In this document: positions 9,434-18,667 of the stretch, piece by piece
Layout: each line of letters opens with the position of its first letter
Numbering within the stretch: the stretch's first letter is position 1
Source of the DNA: an uncultured Bacteroidales bacterium
GTDB taxonomy: Bacteria > Bacteroidota > Bacteroidia > Bacteroidales > WCHB1-69
Assembly: GCA_946409645.1 (NCBI GenBank)
Contig: CAMJXE010000005.1
Coordinates: forward strand, 6,631-70,630
Reading direction: 5' to 3'
DNA: 64,000 bases
Position numbers and translations under genes: made by a program
Notes under the pieces: model-generated
Database searches by the model: none
What the model saw: the letters and a program-made list of their open reading frames with translations, nothing else
What the model was told of the DNA's origin: nothing

Positions 9434-10441
9434 TTAGTACGTATTACCTGCGGCTTGGCAAGCGGTGATAGCCACGAGGCTGACGATATCATCGACGGAG
9501 CAGCCGCGGGAGAGGTCGTTGATAGGAGCGGCCATGCCCTGCATGATGGGACCAACGGCATCGGCACCAGCAAACCGCTGTACCAGTTTGTAAGCGATGT
9601 TACCGGTCTCCAATGAGGGGAACACCAACACGTTAGCCTTGCCGGCAACGGGGCTGCCAGGAGCTTTTTGAGCGCCCACAGACGGGATGATGGCGGCATC
9701 GGCCTGCAATTCACCGTCAATCACGAGGTTGGGATCCATCTCCTTGGCGATGCGGGTGGCGTTGACCACCTTATCGACCAGTTCGTGTTTTGCGGAGCCC
9801 TTGGTGGAGAAGCTCAGCATAGCCACGCGCGGCTCGATGCCGGCGATAGTACGGGCGGTTTGTGCTGTAACAACAGCAATCTGGGCGAGTTTGTTCTCGT
9901 CTGTGTTCGGGTCGGCAGCGCAGTCGGCGAACACCATCACGCCATCGTCACCCCACTTTTTGTCCTGGAAGCACATGATGAATGCGCCGGAGACCACAGA
10001 GATGCCGGGTAAGGTCTTCACAATCTGGAAGGCGGGACGAAGCACGTCGCCCGTAGCGTGTTGTGCACCAGTCACTTCACCGTCAACATCTTTGTTCTTG
10101 ATGAGCAGAGTGGCCAGATAGAGAGGATCTTCCACTTTCTTGAGGGCCTCTTCCATCGTCATGCCTTTGTTCTTGCGGATTTCATAGAGCATGTTGGCAT
10201 AGAAATCCTTTTTGGGGTTGTTCAGCGGGTCGATGATGTCGGCCTTCGCGATGTTTTTCAGACCCCATTCGGCTGCTTTGGCCTCGATGTTGGCCTTGTT
10301 GCCGAGCAGTGTGATGGCGGCGTAACCGTTCTCAATGATGATGTCCGCAGCTCTTAAGTTTCTTTCCTCTTCGCCTTCTGCCAAAACGATGCGTTTGTTG
10401 GCTTTTTTGGCATTTTCCTTGATTTTGTCGATAATGTTCAT
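9434..10441 (-). CDS. pta: Phosphate acetyltransferase (short form)
   Basis: Full-length resemblance to Pta (MNIIDKIKENAKK..RIVLAEGEE..SRGCSVDDIV). ATG 10441 was chosen because the -7 box at 10493-10500 lies inside the longer ORF. Confidence 0.9.
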   Translation of the reverse strand: MNIIDKIKENAKKANKRIVLAEGEEERNLRAADIIIENGYAAITLLGNKANIEAKAAEWGLKNIAKADIIDPLNNPKKDFYANMLYEIRKNKGMTMEEALKKVEDPLYLATLLIKNKDVDGEVTGAQHATGDVLRPAFQIVKTLPGISVVSGAFIMCFQDKKWGDDGVMVFADCAADPNTDENKLAQIAVVTAQTARTIAGIEPRVAMLSFSTKGSAKHELVDKVVNATRIAKEMDPNLVIDGELQADAAIIPSVGAQKAPGSPVAGKANVLVFPSLETGNIAYKLVQRFAGADAVGPIMQGMAAPINDLSRGCSVDDIVSLVAITACQAAGNTY

Positions 10442-10492
10442 TGTTCGATTATTTGTTTGTTGTTTGTTAGATGTATTCTTACAATGAGGCGG

Positions 10493-10500
10493 CAAAGGTA
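10493..10500 (-). promoter_or_regulatory. -7 box TACCTTTG for pta
   Basis: The plus strand reads caaaggta, 52 nt upstream of ATG 10441. Confidence 0.45.
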
Positions 10501-10573
10501 CATAATATTTCCCAATATCGCGTCGCCAAAATTGTTTTTCCACCGAACAATGACTTTTTTGGTTTTCAGGAGG

Positions 10574-11494
10574 TTATTCTCGCACAATTTTCCCACCGCC
10601 ATGAACGGTGACCTTCCCGAGTTCGGACTTGTCGGTAAGATAAGCGGTACCTGTTACAGTGGCGATGATGTAGCCGACACTGGCGTGCGTGATGTGTGCA
10701 GTTGTGACTTTCAGAAGTTGCGTGTTAACCGTGCCGGCACCTGTGTTTTCCAGCGTCATCTCTTCCGCCTTGCCGTTCATTAGCATCATATCACCCGGGC
10801 CTTGGTTCCGCAGCTCTATCCTTTTTGCCGTGATATTTTGCATTTTAATGTCCCCCGCGCCTCTATTCTGAAGAATCAGTTCTTCGGTAGGGATGCTCAT
10901 CAGGTTCACCGAAACATCACCTGGCCCTATATTGTTGACAACCAGTGAACCACTGGCGGAACTGGCCATGACTTTCACATCGCCAGCGCCCGAGTTGTTG
11001 ATGAGCAAAGTCTCTTGTCTGATGGCATCGGAGGCGGGGACGATGATGTCGCCTGGACCTTTGCTGTGTAATTCCAACGTTTTTTCAATCTTCAGACATT
11101 GGAGGGTGCAGTCGCCCGCGCCCTTGTTGATGACCGTCAGGTGCGGTTCGTTCCGCTTTTCCATCGTCACGTCACCGGGACCAGACAGGGACAACTCTTC
11201 CAAATGAGGCAAACGTATTTCTATTCGGATATCTGTTTTCCTTTGGGGCGCCTTTTTGTCCATATAAATGGATAGTTTCCCGTCTTTTACATCCGCATGG
11301 GTGTGCTCTATGAAGCTGTAATCGCTTGCCTTGATGATAACCTCATGGTTCGTGGTGCTTTGCTTTATGACCACGTCACCTATAAAGTGTATGTACACCG
11401 TGGTGAAGGGTTCCATATCTGAAATGATACGGGACTGTGCGAACAACCCGCTGATTGATAATAAGATTGCAATGGTTAATGTTGACTTTTTCAT
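10574..11494 (-). CDS. Secreted DUF2807/LiaG-like putative adhesin-head (beta-helix) protein
   Basis: Signal peptide MKKSTLTIAILLSISGLFAQ and a periodic G(P/A)GD(V/I) motif repeated about 8 times. Confidence 0.7.
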   Translation of the reverse strand: MKKSTLTIAILLSISGLFAQSRIISDMEPFTTVYIHFIGDVVIKQSTTNHEVIIKASDYSFIEHTHADVKDGKLSIYMDKKAPQRKTDIRIEIRLPHLEELSLSGPGDVTMEKRNEPHLTVINKGAGDCTLQCLKIEKTLELHSKGPGDIIVPASDAIRQETLLINNSGAGDVKVMASSASGSLVVNNIGPGDVSVNLMSIPTEELILQNRGAGDIKMQNITAKRIELRNQGPGDMMLMNGKAEEMTLENTGAGTVNTQLLKVTTAHITHASVGYIIATVTGTAYLTDKSELGKVTVHGGGKIVRE

Positions 11495-11530
11495 TGTATT
11501 TGGATTATTTTATGACGTGAGACGTAAGAC

Positions 11531-12913
11531 TTAAGACTTTGGGATGAGGTCGGACTTTTTCTGGGTCACCGGCACCACCTCCTTGCCGGCAGTGTCGATG
11601 AAGCCGTAGAAGTTTCCTTTACGCACGAGGGCACAGCCGTCGAGGTAGATTCCGAACTTGCCGATGTCGTCGTATTGCGGATGTACGACCTCCTTGCCGG
11701 CGCTATCCACAAACCCCTTGAACCCGAATATCTCCACCATTGCCCAACCGGTCCGGTATTCGTCAAACGGCCGTATGTCCGTGTATTTCGGATATACCAC
11801 GATGTTTCCGTTTTCGTCTTGGAAACCGTAGTAGCCGTTGCGCTCGAACTTCCTCAGGCTATGGTGAGGAGGTAGAGACGCGCCGTGGCACGTCTCTACT
11901 ACGTCGGATGCGGACGTTTCGGGCAATGGTGAAACAGATGATTCGGTTCCTTTTACTTGCTGTTCAGGATATGGGGGTTCCTGTAGAGACGTGCCATGGC
12001 GCGTCTCTACAACGGCGGTATCGGCATTAACGATCGTGGAATCGGTTGCAACACACGTGGTTACCACTGTCTCCAGCGGGGTCTGGCCTGTGGGTGTGGG
12101 TGCGGGTTGCGCCTGCCATGCAATGACGGAGCCGGTCACGACCGTGGCGACCACACCCGTGGCGATGGCGGGGGCTTTCGCAGCGGTGACGGCCATCCAG
12201 ACGCTAGGCTTGGGCGCGGCGGTCCAATTGACGGCGGAAAAGGGCGACGGCGTGGCAGGCGACAACGCCAGATGTTTCAGCTTCGCACGGCAAAGACGGT
12301 CGATGGCGTGCGTTTTCCAGGGGAGAAAGGGAAGCAGTATCATAAGTCCAGATTTTTTGTGGCGGACAAGGTTGTTCAAGGCGATTTGCAGCTGCATCCG
12401 CGCTTCCGCCAGATAGCGTTTTGAGCTGCGCACCCCGATTTGCAACACCTCCGCGATTTTCGCATGAGATTGGTTTTCAAAAACATGCAGGTTGAAAACG
12501 GTCCGTTGTTTGTCGGGCAGGGCGCAGATGGCATCGAGGATTTCGGATTCGGTGAGGTCGGATTCGGAGATACAAGTTTCATCAGGTTCGTCCTGTAGAG
12601 ACGTGCCATGGCACGTCTCTACAACGTCGGATGCGGACGCGATAAATCGCGTCCCCACGGTATCGTCATCCATCGACAGAAATTGCGGTTGTCGCCGCAG
12701 GTAATCCATCGTGGTGTTGAGGTTGATGCGCATCAGCCAGCCGTCGAAACTGCCGAGGCGGCGGTAGCTTCCGGACTTCTCGATGGCCTTGAGGAACGCC
12801 TCGTGCGCGAGGTCTTCGGCCACCGCGCGGTCGCCCACATAGCGGCAGCACATCCCGACCATCTTCGCGATGTTCCGCTGGTACGCCTTCGTCCAAAACT
12901 GCTTCGCCTGCAT
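11531..12913 (-). CDS. ECF-type sigma-70 factor fused to a TM segment and C-terminal WG repeats; contains three in-frame REP-A insertions
   Basis: Sigma region 2 (AEDLAHEAFLKAIE..FDGWLMRINLNTTMDYLRR), region 4 (LPDKQRTVFNLHVFENQSHAKIAEVLQIGVRSSKRYL), a hydrophobic helix (APAIATGVVATVVTGSVIAW), and WG repeats (YGFQDENGNIVV.., YGFIDTAGKEVVP). Confidence 0.7.
   Translation of the reverse strand: MQAKQFWTKAYQRNIAKMVGMCCRYVGDRAVAEDLAHEAFLKAIEKSGSYRRLGSFDGWLMRINLNTTMDYLRRQPQFLSMDDDTVGTRFIASASDVVETCHGTSLQDEPDETCISESDLTESEILDAICALPDKQRTVFNLHVFENQSHAKIAEVLQIGVRSSKRYLAEARMQLQIALNNLVRHKKSGLMILLPFLPWKTHAIDRLCRAKLKHLALSPATPSPFSAVNWTAAPKPSVWMAVTAAKAPAIATGVVATVVTGSVIAWQAQPAPTPTGQTPLETVVTTCVATDSTIVNADTAVVETRHGTSLQEPPYPEQQVKGTESSVSPLPETSASDVVETCHGASLPPHHSLRKFERNGYYGFQDENGNIVVYPKYTDIRPFDEYRTGWAMVEIFGFKGFVDSAGKEVVHPQYDDIGKFGIYLDGCALVRKGNFYGFIDTAGKEVVPVTQKKSDLIPKS
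11872..11899. repeat. REP-A copy 3, inside the sigma-fusion CDS
   Basis: gtagagacgcgccgtggcacgtctctac; translated as VVETCHGASLP. Confidence 0.9.
11982..12011. repeat. REP-A copy 4, inside the sigma-fusion CDS
   Basis: tgtagagacgtgccatggcgcgtctctaca; translated as VVETRHGTSLQ. Confidence 0.9.
12594..12623. repeat. REP-A copy 5, inside the sigma-fusion CDS (region 2/region 4 linker)
   Basis: tgtagagacgtgccatggcacgtctctaca; translated as VVETCHGTSLQ. Confidence 0.9.
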
Positions 12914-12938
12914 TTTTCGCTATTTTACAATGATGACG

Positions 12939-12946
12939 CAAAAGTA
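12939..12946 (-). promoter_or_regulatory. -7 box TACTTTTG for the sigma-fusion gene
   Basis: The plus strand reads caaaagta, 26 nt upstream of ATG 12913. Confidence 0.55.
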
Positions 12947-12974
12947 CGAAAAAGGGCCAATATCAGCTGTTAGC

Positions 12975-13003
12975 TGTAGAGACGTGCCATGGCGCGTCTC
13001 TGT
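12975..13003. repeat. REP-A copy 6, in the divergent promoter region, with its stem extended by a flanking 11-bp inverted repeat
   Basis: tgtagagacgtgccatggcgcgtctctgtca, flanked by agctgttagct / agctaacagct. Confidence 0.85.
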
Positions 13004-13031
13004 CAATAGCTAACAGCTAATAGCCAATAGC
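13004..13031. repeat. Imperfect heptanucleotide array (4 units)
   Basis: caatagc taacagc taatagc caatagc. Confidence 0.7.
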
Positions 13032-13042
13032 CGTTTTTTTTG

Positions 13043-13050
13043 TACTTTTG
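13043..13050 (+). promoter_or_regulatory. -7 box TACTTTTG for polA
   Basis: tgTACTTTTGcc, 25 nt upstream of ATG 13075. It overlaps the TTG at which the ORF track starts. Confidence 0.6.
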
Positions 13051-13074
13051 CCCTCCCTAAAAAACCCAAAGGCA

Positions 13075-15753
13075 ATGACGAAAAAAATCCTCCTGATAGA
13101 TGCTATGGGCTTGATTTTCAGAGCGTACTACGCGATGATCAAGAGTCCGCGATTCACCACCAAGGGGTTGAACACCTCCGCGATGCTCGGCTTTACCAAC
13201 TCGCTGTACGAGGTGCTCAAGAACGAGAAACCCACCCACGTGGCGGTGGCCTTCGACACCGGCGCGCCCACCTTCCGGCACGTCGAATACGAACACTACA
13301 AGGAGAATCGCGAGGCCACGCCCGACGACATCGTAATATCCATCCCTTACATCAAACGCATCCTCGACGCCTTCCAGATCACGATGGTCGGCATCGACGG
13401 CTACGAAGCGGATGACCTGGTCGGTTCGTTGGCAAAACACGCTGAAATCGAAGGATTTGAGGTGCTGATGCTCACCTCCGACAAGGACTACGGTCAGCTC
13501 GTCTCCGAGCACATCAAGATGTATAAACCCGGAAAGTTCGGTCAGCCGGCGGAAATCCTCGGCGTGGCAGAGATTTGCGAGAAGTACAAAATAGAACGTC
13601 CTGAGCAACTGATTGATATGCTCGGGCTTTGGGGTGACTCGTCCGATAACATCCCAGGCGTGCCCGGCATCGGACAGGTGCGCGCCCAAAAGTTGCTTGC
13701 CAACTACGGTAGCATAGAGGAGATGTATGCGCGCAACTTCGATAAGGATAACGACAAAACCCGCGCCCTGATGAATGAGTATAAAGAACAGGCTTTTCTC
13801 TCTAAAGAGTTGGCTACCATCATGATAGATATCCAGATGGAGTACGACTTCGACCAGATGGCCTACAACGGTCCTGACCCCACGAAACTCAAAGCCATCT
13901 TCGACGAACTGGAGTTCAAAGCCCTCACCAAACGCATCTTCACCGATTTGTCGCTGCAAGTACCTCAGCCACAGGCCGCCCCCGACCTCTTTTCCCCTAT
14001 CGAAGAGACGGAATCACAGGCACCGATGGAAGTCGAAGCACCAAAAACCGTCTTCGTGCTTCCACAAACTGTTGAGGTACAATCCATTAAAGATATTCCA
14101 GAAAAAAAGAATGACACAGTCTTCTTTACATGGATTTTCCAACAAGAACGTATCGCTGGTTTCGCCTTTGCTATGGACGAAACGAAAACTTTTTATCATT
14201 GGGTAGAAAGTGAACATCGTCACTATCAAGAGTTTATAAAGCTGATTTTCGGGGAGCCGCGCACTGTGGTGATGCACGACTGCAAAAATACGTACAAGTA
14301 TCTGAAGTCGTTCCGGGTGGAGCCGAAATGCACCTTCTGGGACGTGCAAATCGCCCATTACCTGCTGCAACCCGAGCGCAAGCATCAGTTAGTCGACCTC
14401 TGTCTAAGTTATTTCGATAGCGAGCTAACCGAAGCGAACAAACCGTCGCCCGCGCCCGAAAACGAGCAGTTGCTATTGTTGCAAAAGCTTTATCCGATTT
14501 TAGATAAAGAATTGAAAGATAATAATTTAACGGATTTGTTTTCCCAAATGGAGATGCCTTTGGTACCAGTGCTCGCTGACATGGAATATACTGGCGTGAA
14601 AGTCGATGTAGGAACTTTGCAGCAAAATTCTGATACTATGAACGCGGAAATTGCCGCTATCGAACAACAAATCTACGAATATGCAGGTGAAACGTTCAAT
14701 ATCGGGTCGCCGAAGCAGTTAGGGGAGATTCTTTTCGAGAAAATGGCATTGGTCAAAAACGCCCGTCTGACCAAAAGCAAGCAGTATCAAACGGGCGAGG
14801 AGGTGCTCAAGAAGATGGCCTACAAGCATCCCATCGTGTCGCTGATTTTAGAGTGGCGCAAGCTCTCGAAGCTGAAATCCACCTACATCGACGCATTGCC
14901 GCAGTTGATCAACCCGAAGACGGGTCGCATCCATTCCACTTTCACTCAGACGATTACGGCCACGGGTCGTCTCAGTTCCCTGAATCCGAATCTGCAGAAT
15001 ATCCCTGTGCGTACCGAGCGCGGGCGCGACATCCGCAAGGCGTTCGTGCCTTCTGAAGGCAATGTGTTGATGGCCGCCGACTACTCCCAGATCGAGTTGC
15101 GCATCGTGGCACATGTCTGTCAGGATGAGCGCATGATTGAAACATTCCGGCAAAACGAAGACATCCACGCTACAATGGCCGCGCACATCTACGGTGTTGA
15201 AAAAGAGGAAGTTACTGCAGATATGCGCCGTGCTGCCAAAACCGTCAACTTCGGCATTTTGTACGGCATTTCCGCCTTCGGACTCGCCGATAGGCTGCAG
15301 ATTCCGCAATCGGAGGCCAAACAGCTCATCATGGACTACTTCAAAAGTTTCCCGAAAATATCCGATTATCTGAACGACACGTTGGAATTCGCCCGCGAGC
15401 ACGGATATGTGGAGACGCTGATGGGCCGCCGCCGCAACATCCGCGACATCAACGCCAAGAACGGCATTCTCCGCGCCGCTGCCGAACGCAACGCCATCAA
15501 CGCACCCATTCAGGGCACTGCTGCCGATCTCATCAAAATCGCCATGATTCGCATCCACGAGGAGATGACGAAACGGAATATGCGCAGCAAAATGATTCTG
15601 CAAGTACACGATGAATTGGTGTTCGACACTTGTCCCGACGAGTTGGAAGTGCTGACGGAGCTCGTGCGCGAGCGCATGTCGGGTGCTATGCAACTCTCTG
15701 TGCCTTTGGATGTTAACATCAACAGTGGCCAAAACTGGTTCGAGGCGCACTAA
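13075..15753 (+). CDS. polA: DNA polymerase I
   Basis: 5' nuclease N-terminus, then family-A polymerase motifs A (DYSQIELR), B (RRAAKTVNFGILYG) and C (QVHDEL). Confidence 0.95.
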   Translation: MTKKILLIDAMGLIFRAYYAMIKSPRFTTKGLNTSAMLGFTNSLYEVLKNEKPTHVAVAFDTGAPTFRHVEYEHYKENREATPDDIVISIPYIKRILDAFQITMVGIDGYEADDLVGSLAKHAEIEGFEVLMLTSDKDYGQLVSEHIKMYKPGKFGQPAEILGVAEICEKYKIERPEQLIDMLGLWGDSSDNIPGVPGIGQVRAQKLLANYGSIEEMYARNFDKDNDKTRALMNEYKEQAFLSKELATIMIDIQMEYDFDQMAYNGPDPTKLKAIFDELEFKALTKRIFTDLSLQVPQPQAAPDLFSPIEETESQAPMEVEAPKTVFVLPQTVEVQSIKDIPEKKNDTVFFTWIFQQERIAGFAFAMDETKTFYHWVESEHRHYQEFIKLIFGEPRTVVMHDCKNTYKYLKSFRVEPKCTFWDVQIAHYLLQPERKHQLVDLCLSYFDSELTEANKPSPAPENEQLLLLQKLYPILDKELKDNNLTDLFSQMEMPLVPVLADMEYTGVKVDVGTLQQNSDTMNAEIAAIEQQIYEYAGETFNIGSPKQLGEILFEKMALVKNARLTKSKQYQTGEEVLKKMAYKHPIVSLILEWRKLSKLKSTYIDALPQLINPKTGRIHSTFTQTITATGRLSSLNPNLQNIPVRTERGRDIRKAFVPSEGNVLMAADYSQIELRIVAHVCQDERMIETFRQNEDIHATMAAHIYGVEKEEVTADMRRAAKTVNFGILYGISAFGLADRLQIPQSEAKQLIMDYFKSFPKISDYLNDTLEFAREHGYVETLMGRRRNIRDINAKNGILRAAAERNAINAPIQGTAADLIKIAMIRIHEEMTKRNMRSKMILQVHDELVFDTCPDELEVLTELVRERMSGAMQLSVPLDVNINSGQNWFEAH

Positions 15754-16718
15754 CCCTTTTTGACTTTCAGTTGCTCCGCCAAAGAGTTTCGTTCCCAAAA
15801 CACGCCGTCCGAGTAGCCTTGGATGGCGGTGTCGTGTTCGGCCAGCCGGAGCCGTTTTTCCGCCCACAGACAGTACTGTTCATTGAGTTCCACACCGCAA
15901 TAGTGGCGGCCTAACTTTTTGGCTGTCACGCTGGTAGTGCCGCTACCGAGGAAGGGGTCGAAGACGATTTGCCCGGGTTGCGACGAGGCGAGAATCAGCT
16001 TTGCGATGAGCTTTTCGGGCTTCTGCGTGGGATGGTCGGTGTTTTCGGGCATCGACCAGAAAGGCACGCTGATGTCGTCCCAGAAGTTGGAAGGGTGGGT
16101 GAGACGGTAGTTGCCGTCAGATTCCGAAGTCCAGTCCTTGGGCTTCCCGTTCTCTTTGTAGGGAGCGAGCACGCGGCGTTTCATCATCACCGCATCCACG
16201 TTAAAGCAGTAGTTGTCAGGATTTTTCACCGCAAACCAGATGTCCTCCATGCTGTTTTTCCAATTGGCTTTCGCGCCTCGTCCCTTTTCGCGTTGCCAGG
16301 TGATGCGGTTGAGGATGGTCAGCTCTTTTTCCACTGCCCGTTGTAGTGCCGCTGTGCATTTCCAATCACCGCAAATGTAGAGGGAACCGCTCTTTTTCAG
16401 CTTTTTACAGACTTCTGGAAACCAAGAAGCCAAGAAGGTGTCGTAATCGTTTTCCGATCTTGCGCTGAATTTCGTGCCGTGGAAATTTTTGGTGAGATTG
16501 TAGGGCGGGTCGATGATGATGAGGTCGGCGAATTGGTCGGGAAGGAGCGGTAGAATCCGCAACAAATCCCCATGGATGGTCGTGTCCAGGAGATCGGGGC
16601 GCGATTCGAGCTTCTTTTCCGTCAACAATCGCGGCTGCAGCAGGTCAGCCTCCTCTTGCGAGAGGGTCAGAGTCCGGTTGCGGGGTGCTTTCGACCGTGC
16701 TGCGGTGGGTTTTGCCAT
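15750..16718 (-). CDS. Orphan beta-class DNA methyltransferase (N6-adenine or N4-cytosine)
   Basis: The catalytic IIIDPPYNL motif precedes the AdoMet motif FDPFLGSGTT. No neighbouring endonuclease. Its stop overlaps the polA stop (cTAa). Confidence 0.85.
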   Translation of the reverse strand: MAKPTAARSKAPRNRTLTLSQEEADLLQPRLLTEKKLESRPDLLDTTIHGDLLRILPLLPDQFADLIIIDPPYNLTKNFHGTKFSARSENDYDTFLASWFPEVCKKLKKSGSLYICGDWKCTAALQRAVEKELTILNRITWQREKGRGAKANWKNSMEDIWFAVKNPDNYCFNVDAVMMKRRVLAPYKENGKPKDWTSESDGNYRLTHPSNFWDDISVPFWSMPENTDHPTQKPEKLIAKLILASSQPGQIVFDPFLGSGTTSVTAKKLGRHYCGVELNEQYCLWAEKRLRLAEHDTAIQGYSDGVFWERNSLAEQLKVKKG

Positions 16719-16758
16719 AACAGTTTGGGAAATGTTCTCGAATATTGATAATCAGAAA

Positions 16759-17463
16759 TTATTTGGACAGATGCCGTTCTAATGAGATGGTGTCCTCGGG
16801 ATAGGTGAGTTTCTGGTTGGCAGTGTCGCCTGCGACGATGAAAATGGGCACTTCGGGACAATACTTGAGGAGTACACCGCAGTCGTCGGTGCTGGTGAAG
16901 TCAGGGTCTTGCAGCGCTTTTCGGTAGGCCACGCGGATGATGTCGATGCGGAAGGCTTGCGGGGTCTGGGCGCAGCGCAGACGCTTGCGTGACGGTATCG
17001 CCGTGATGAAGCTGCCGTCTTCGGTCACTTCGAAAACGGTGTCTGTGGCAGAAATGGCCACGGCCACGGCAGGATGATTCTGTAACGCCGTAACGGTCTC
17101 TTCTATAATGCGTTGGCTTACGGCAGGACGGGCAGCATCGTGGAAGATGAGGTTGATATCGGAACAGCCCCCGTAGGCGTTGATGGCGGAGAGTGTGGAG
17201 AAGTGGCGTTCCGCACCGCCGGGCAGGAGCTTGCGCACCTTTTTCCAGCTGTTGCGGTCGATAATCGATTGCATCTGAGGCAGATAGTCGGTGTTCATCA
17301 CCACCGCGATTTCGTCGATGGCGGCACACTTCTCGAAGGCATCAACGCTATGTTCGATGACCGTTTTGCCCGCCAACGGCAGGAATTGCTTCGGCAGGGC
17401 GGTTCCGAATCGCTGTCCGCTGCCGCCGGCGAGGATGACTGCTATGTTCGTGGTTTTATTCAT
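16759..17463 (-). CDS. ispD: 2-C-methyl-D-erythritol 4-phosphate cytidylyltransferase
   Basis: AVILAGGSGQRFG..PKQFLPLAGK; 234 aa, a typical IspD length. Confidence 0.9.
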   Translation of the reverse strand: MNKTTNIAVILAGGSGQRFGTALPKQFLPLAGKTVIEHSVDAFEKCAAIDEIAVVMNTDYLPQMQSIIDRNSWKKVRKLLPGGAERHFSTLSAINAYGGCSDINLIFHDAARPAVSQRIIEETVTALQNHPAVAVAISATDTVFEVTEDGSFITAIPSRKRLRCAQTPQAFRIDIIRVAYRKALQDPDFTSTDDCGVLLKYCPEVPIFIVAGDTANQKLTYPEDTISLERHLSK

Positions 17464-17480
17464 TGCTTGTTCTTGGGTTT

Positions 17481-17650
17481 CTATACTGCGCTGCGCTTGT
17501 GTGTCTGGCTCCCCACACTGCGCTGCGCTTGTGTCAGGTTCCCCACACTGCGCTGCGCTTGTGTGGCTTCTTTAACCCCCACACTGCGCTGCGCTTGTGT
17601 GGGGTTAATTGCGCTTCGCGCGTGTTGCCTCTCCGAGGCTGCTCAAGGAA
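17481..17650 (-). repeat. REP-B copy 2 (hairpin module amplified 4 times, plus tail)
   Basis: actgcgctgcgcttgtgtg recurs at about 17485, 17517, 17547 and 17583, followed by ttaattgcgcttcgcgcgtgttgcctctccgaggctgctcaaggaa. It is 18 nt from the ispD ATG. Confidence 0.85.
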
Positions 17651-17683
17651 GTTTTTTAGTATGTTTGGGGTTGTTCGTTTCTG

Positions 17684-17704
17684 TTTGCTGTTGCCTGTTG
17701 CCTT
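17684..17704. repeat. Heptanucleotide array (3 units), overlapping the yitT-like stop codon
   Basis: tttgctg ttgcctg ttgcctt. Confidence 0.55.
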
Positions 17705-18644
17705 ATTCTTTCGGGATCGCTTTGAAGCCTTCTCCCATGATTTCGGAGCTGTCGATGATGTTGACGAAGGCGGTCGGGTCGATGTCGTGGAGGTGGTTTT
17801 TGAGCTTGATCATGTCGGAGCGGTCGAGGGAGACGTAGATCATGTTGCGCTCGGCGCCGCCGTAGAGGCCCTTGCCCACGAAAAGGGTGCCGCCGCGATG
17901 GAGGTCGTTGAGGATGTAGTTTCGCACGACTTCCACGTTGTTGGTCACGATATAGACGGTCTTGTAGCTCTTCAAACCGTCCACAATCAGGTCGATGATC
18001 TTGCCTTCGATGTAGATCAGGATAATGGAGTAGATAGGCAGACGGATCTGCTTGAAAGCAATGAGAGTGGTGAGGGTGATGACGGAATCGACGACCATCA
18101 CGAGGGTGCCAAGGGAGATTTTCGTGTACTTGTGGATAATCATAGAGATGATATCGCTGCCGCCGGAAGTGGCTCCCGATCTGAAAATCAGACCGATAGC
18201 GATACCATAGATGAGGCCGGCCACGACGGTATTCAGGAAGTAGTCGGGCACGAAAAAGAGTTCGCTGTGCGGAATCTGCACCATGTTGGGCATACTGGCG
18301 GTCTCCATGATCCCTTCATGAATCACGGGGTTATAGCCCCAGAAAGTCTCTATCAACCAGGTGAATGCGAATATCAGGATGGTGGAAAGGACGGTCTTGA
18401 AGCCGAACTTCGGACCGAGAATCCAGGTGCCGATGAGCAGCAACGGGATGTCCATACAGATGGCGTAGTAACTGATTTTCCAGGGCCAGACGGTGTTCAG
18501 CACGTTGGAAAGGCCGTACGTGCCGCCGGGTGCGAGGAGGTAAGGGTTGACAAACATCACGTCGCCGACGGCAAAAAGGAAGCTGCCGGCAATCAGCATT
18601 AAGTATGCGATAATCTGCTCGTTAACTCTGTTTTTCTGCTCCAT
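17703..18644 (-). CDS. YitT-family membrane protein
   Basis: N-terminal polytopic region (LIAGSFLFAVGDVMFVNPYLLAPGGTYGLS) plus a soluble C-terminal domain typical of YitT/DUF2179 proteins. Confidence 0.75.
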   Translation of the reverse strand: MEQKNRVNEQIIAYLMLIAGSFLFAVGDVMFVNPYLLAPGGTYGLSNVLNTVWPWKISYYAICMDIPLLLIGTWILGPKFGFKTVLSTILIFAFTWLIETFWGYNPVIHEGIMETASMPNMVQIPHSELFFVPDYFLNTVVAGLIYGIAIGLIFRSGATSGGSDIISMIIHKYTKISLGTLVMVVDSVITLTTLIAFKQIRLPIYSIILIYIEGKIIDLIVDGLKSYKTVYIVTNNVEVVRNYILNDLHRGGTLFVGKGLYGGAERNMIYVSLDRSDMIKLKNHLHDIDPTAFVNIIDSSEIMGEGFKAIPKE

Positions 18645-18667
18645 TTTTCTCTAATTTTTTGCGGCGG

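Noticed and set aside
11996-12973. ORFs beginning MARLYN.. (11996, 12608; also 37312) and MPWRVST.. (9406, 11991)
   Set aside because: Their start codons are the ATG of the CCATGG centre of REP-A, or GTG within it. The shared N-termini are translated repeat sequence, not genes.
13057-15867. Antisense ORFs of 300 and 339 aa opposite polA
   Set aside because: They are shadow ORFs. polA is full length with all family-A motifs on the plus strand.
17481-17600. Four evenly spaced hairpin repeats considered as a mini CRISPR array
   Set aside because: The periods are irregular (32, 30 and 36 nt). The repeats are essentially contiguous with no unique spacers. There are no cas genes, and the same module occurs singly elsewhere as part of REP-B.
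17463-18602. 379-aa plus-strand ORF opposite the YitT-family gene
   Set aside because: It starts inside the REP-B hairpin array (the TALRLC repeats are translated repeat DNA). The remainder is an Asp/Gly/His-rich shadow frame.
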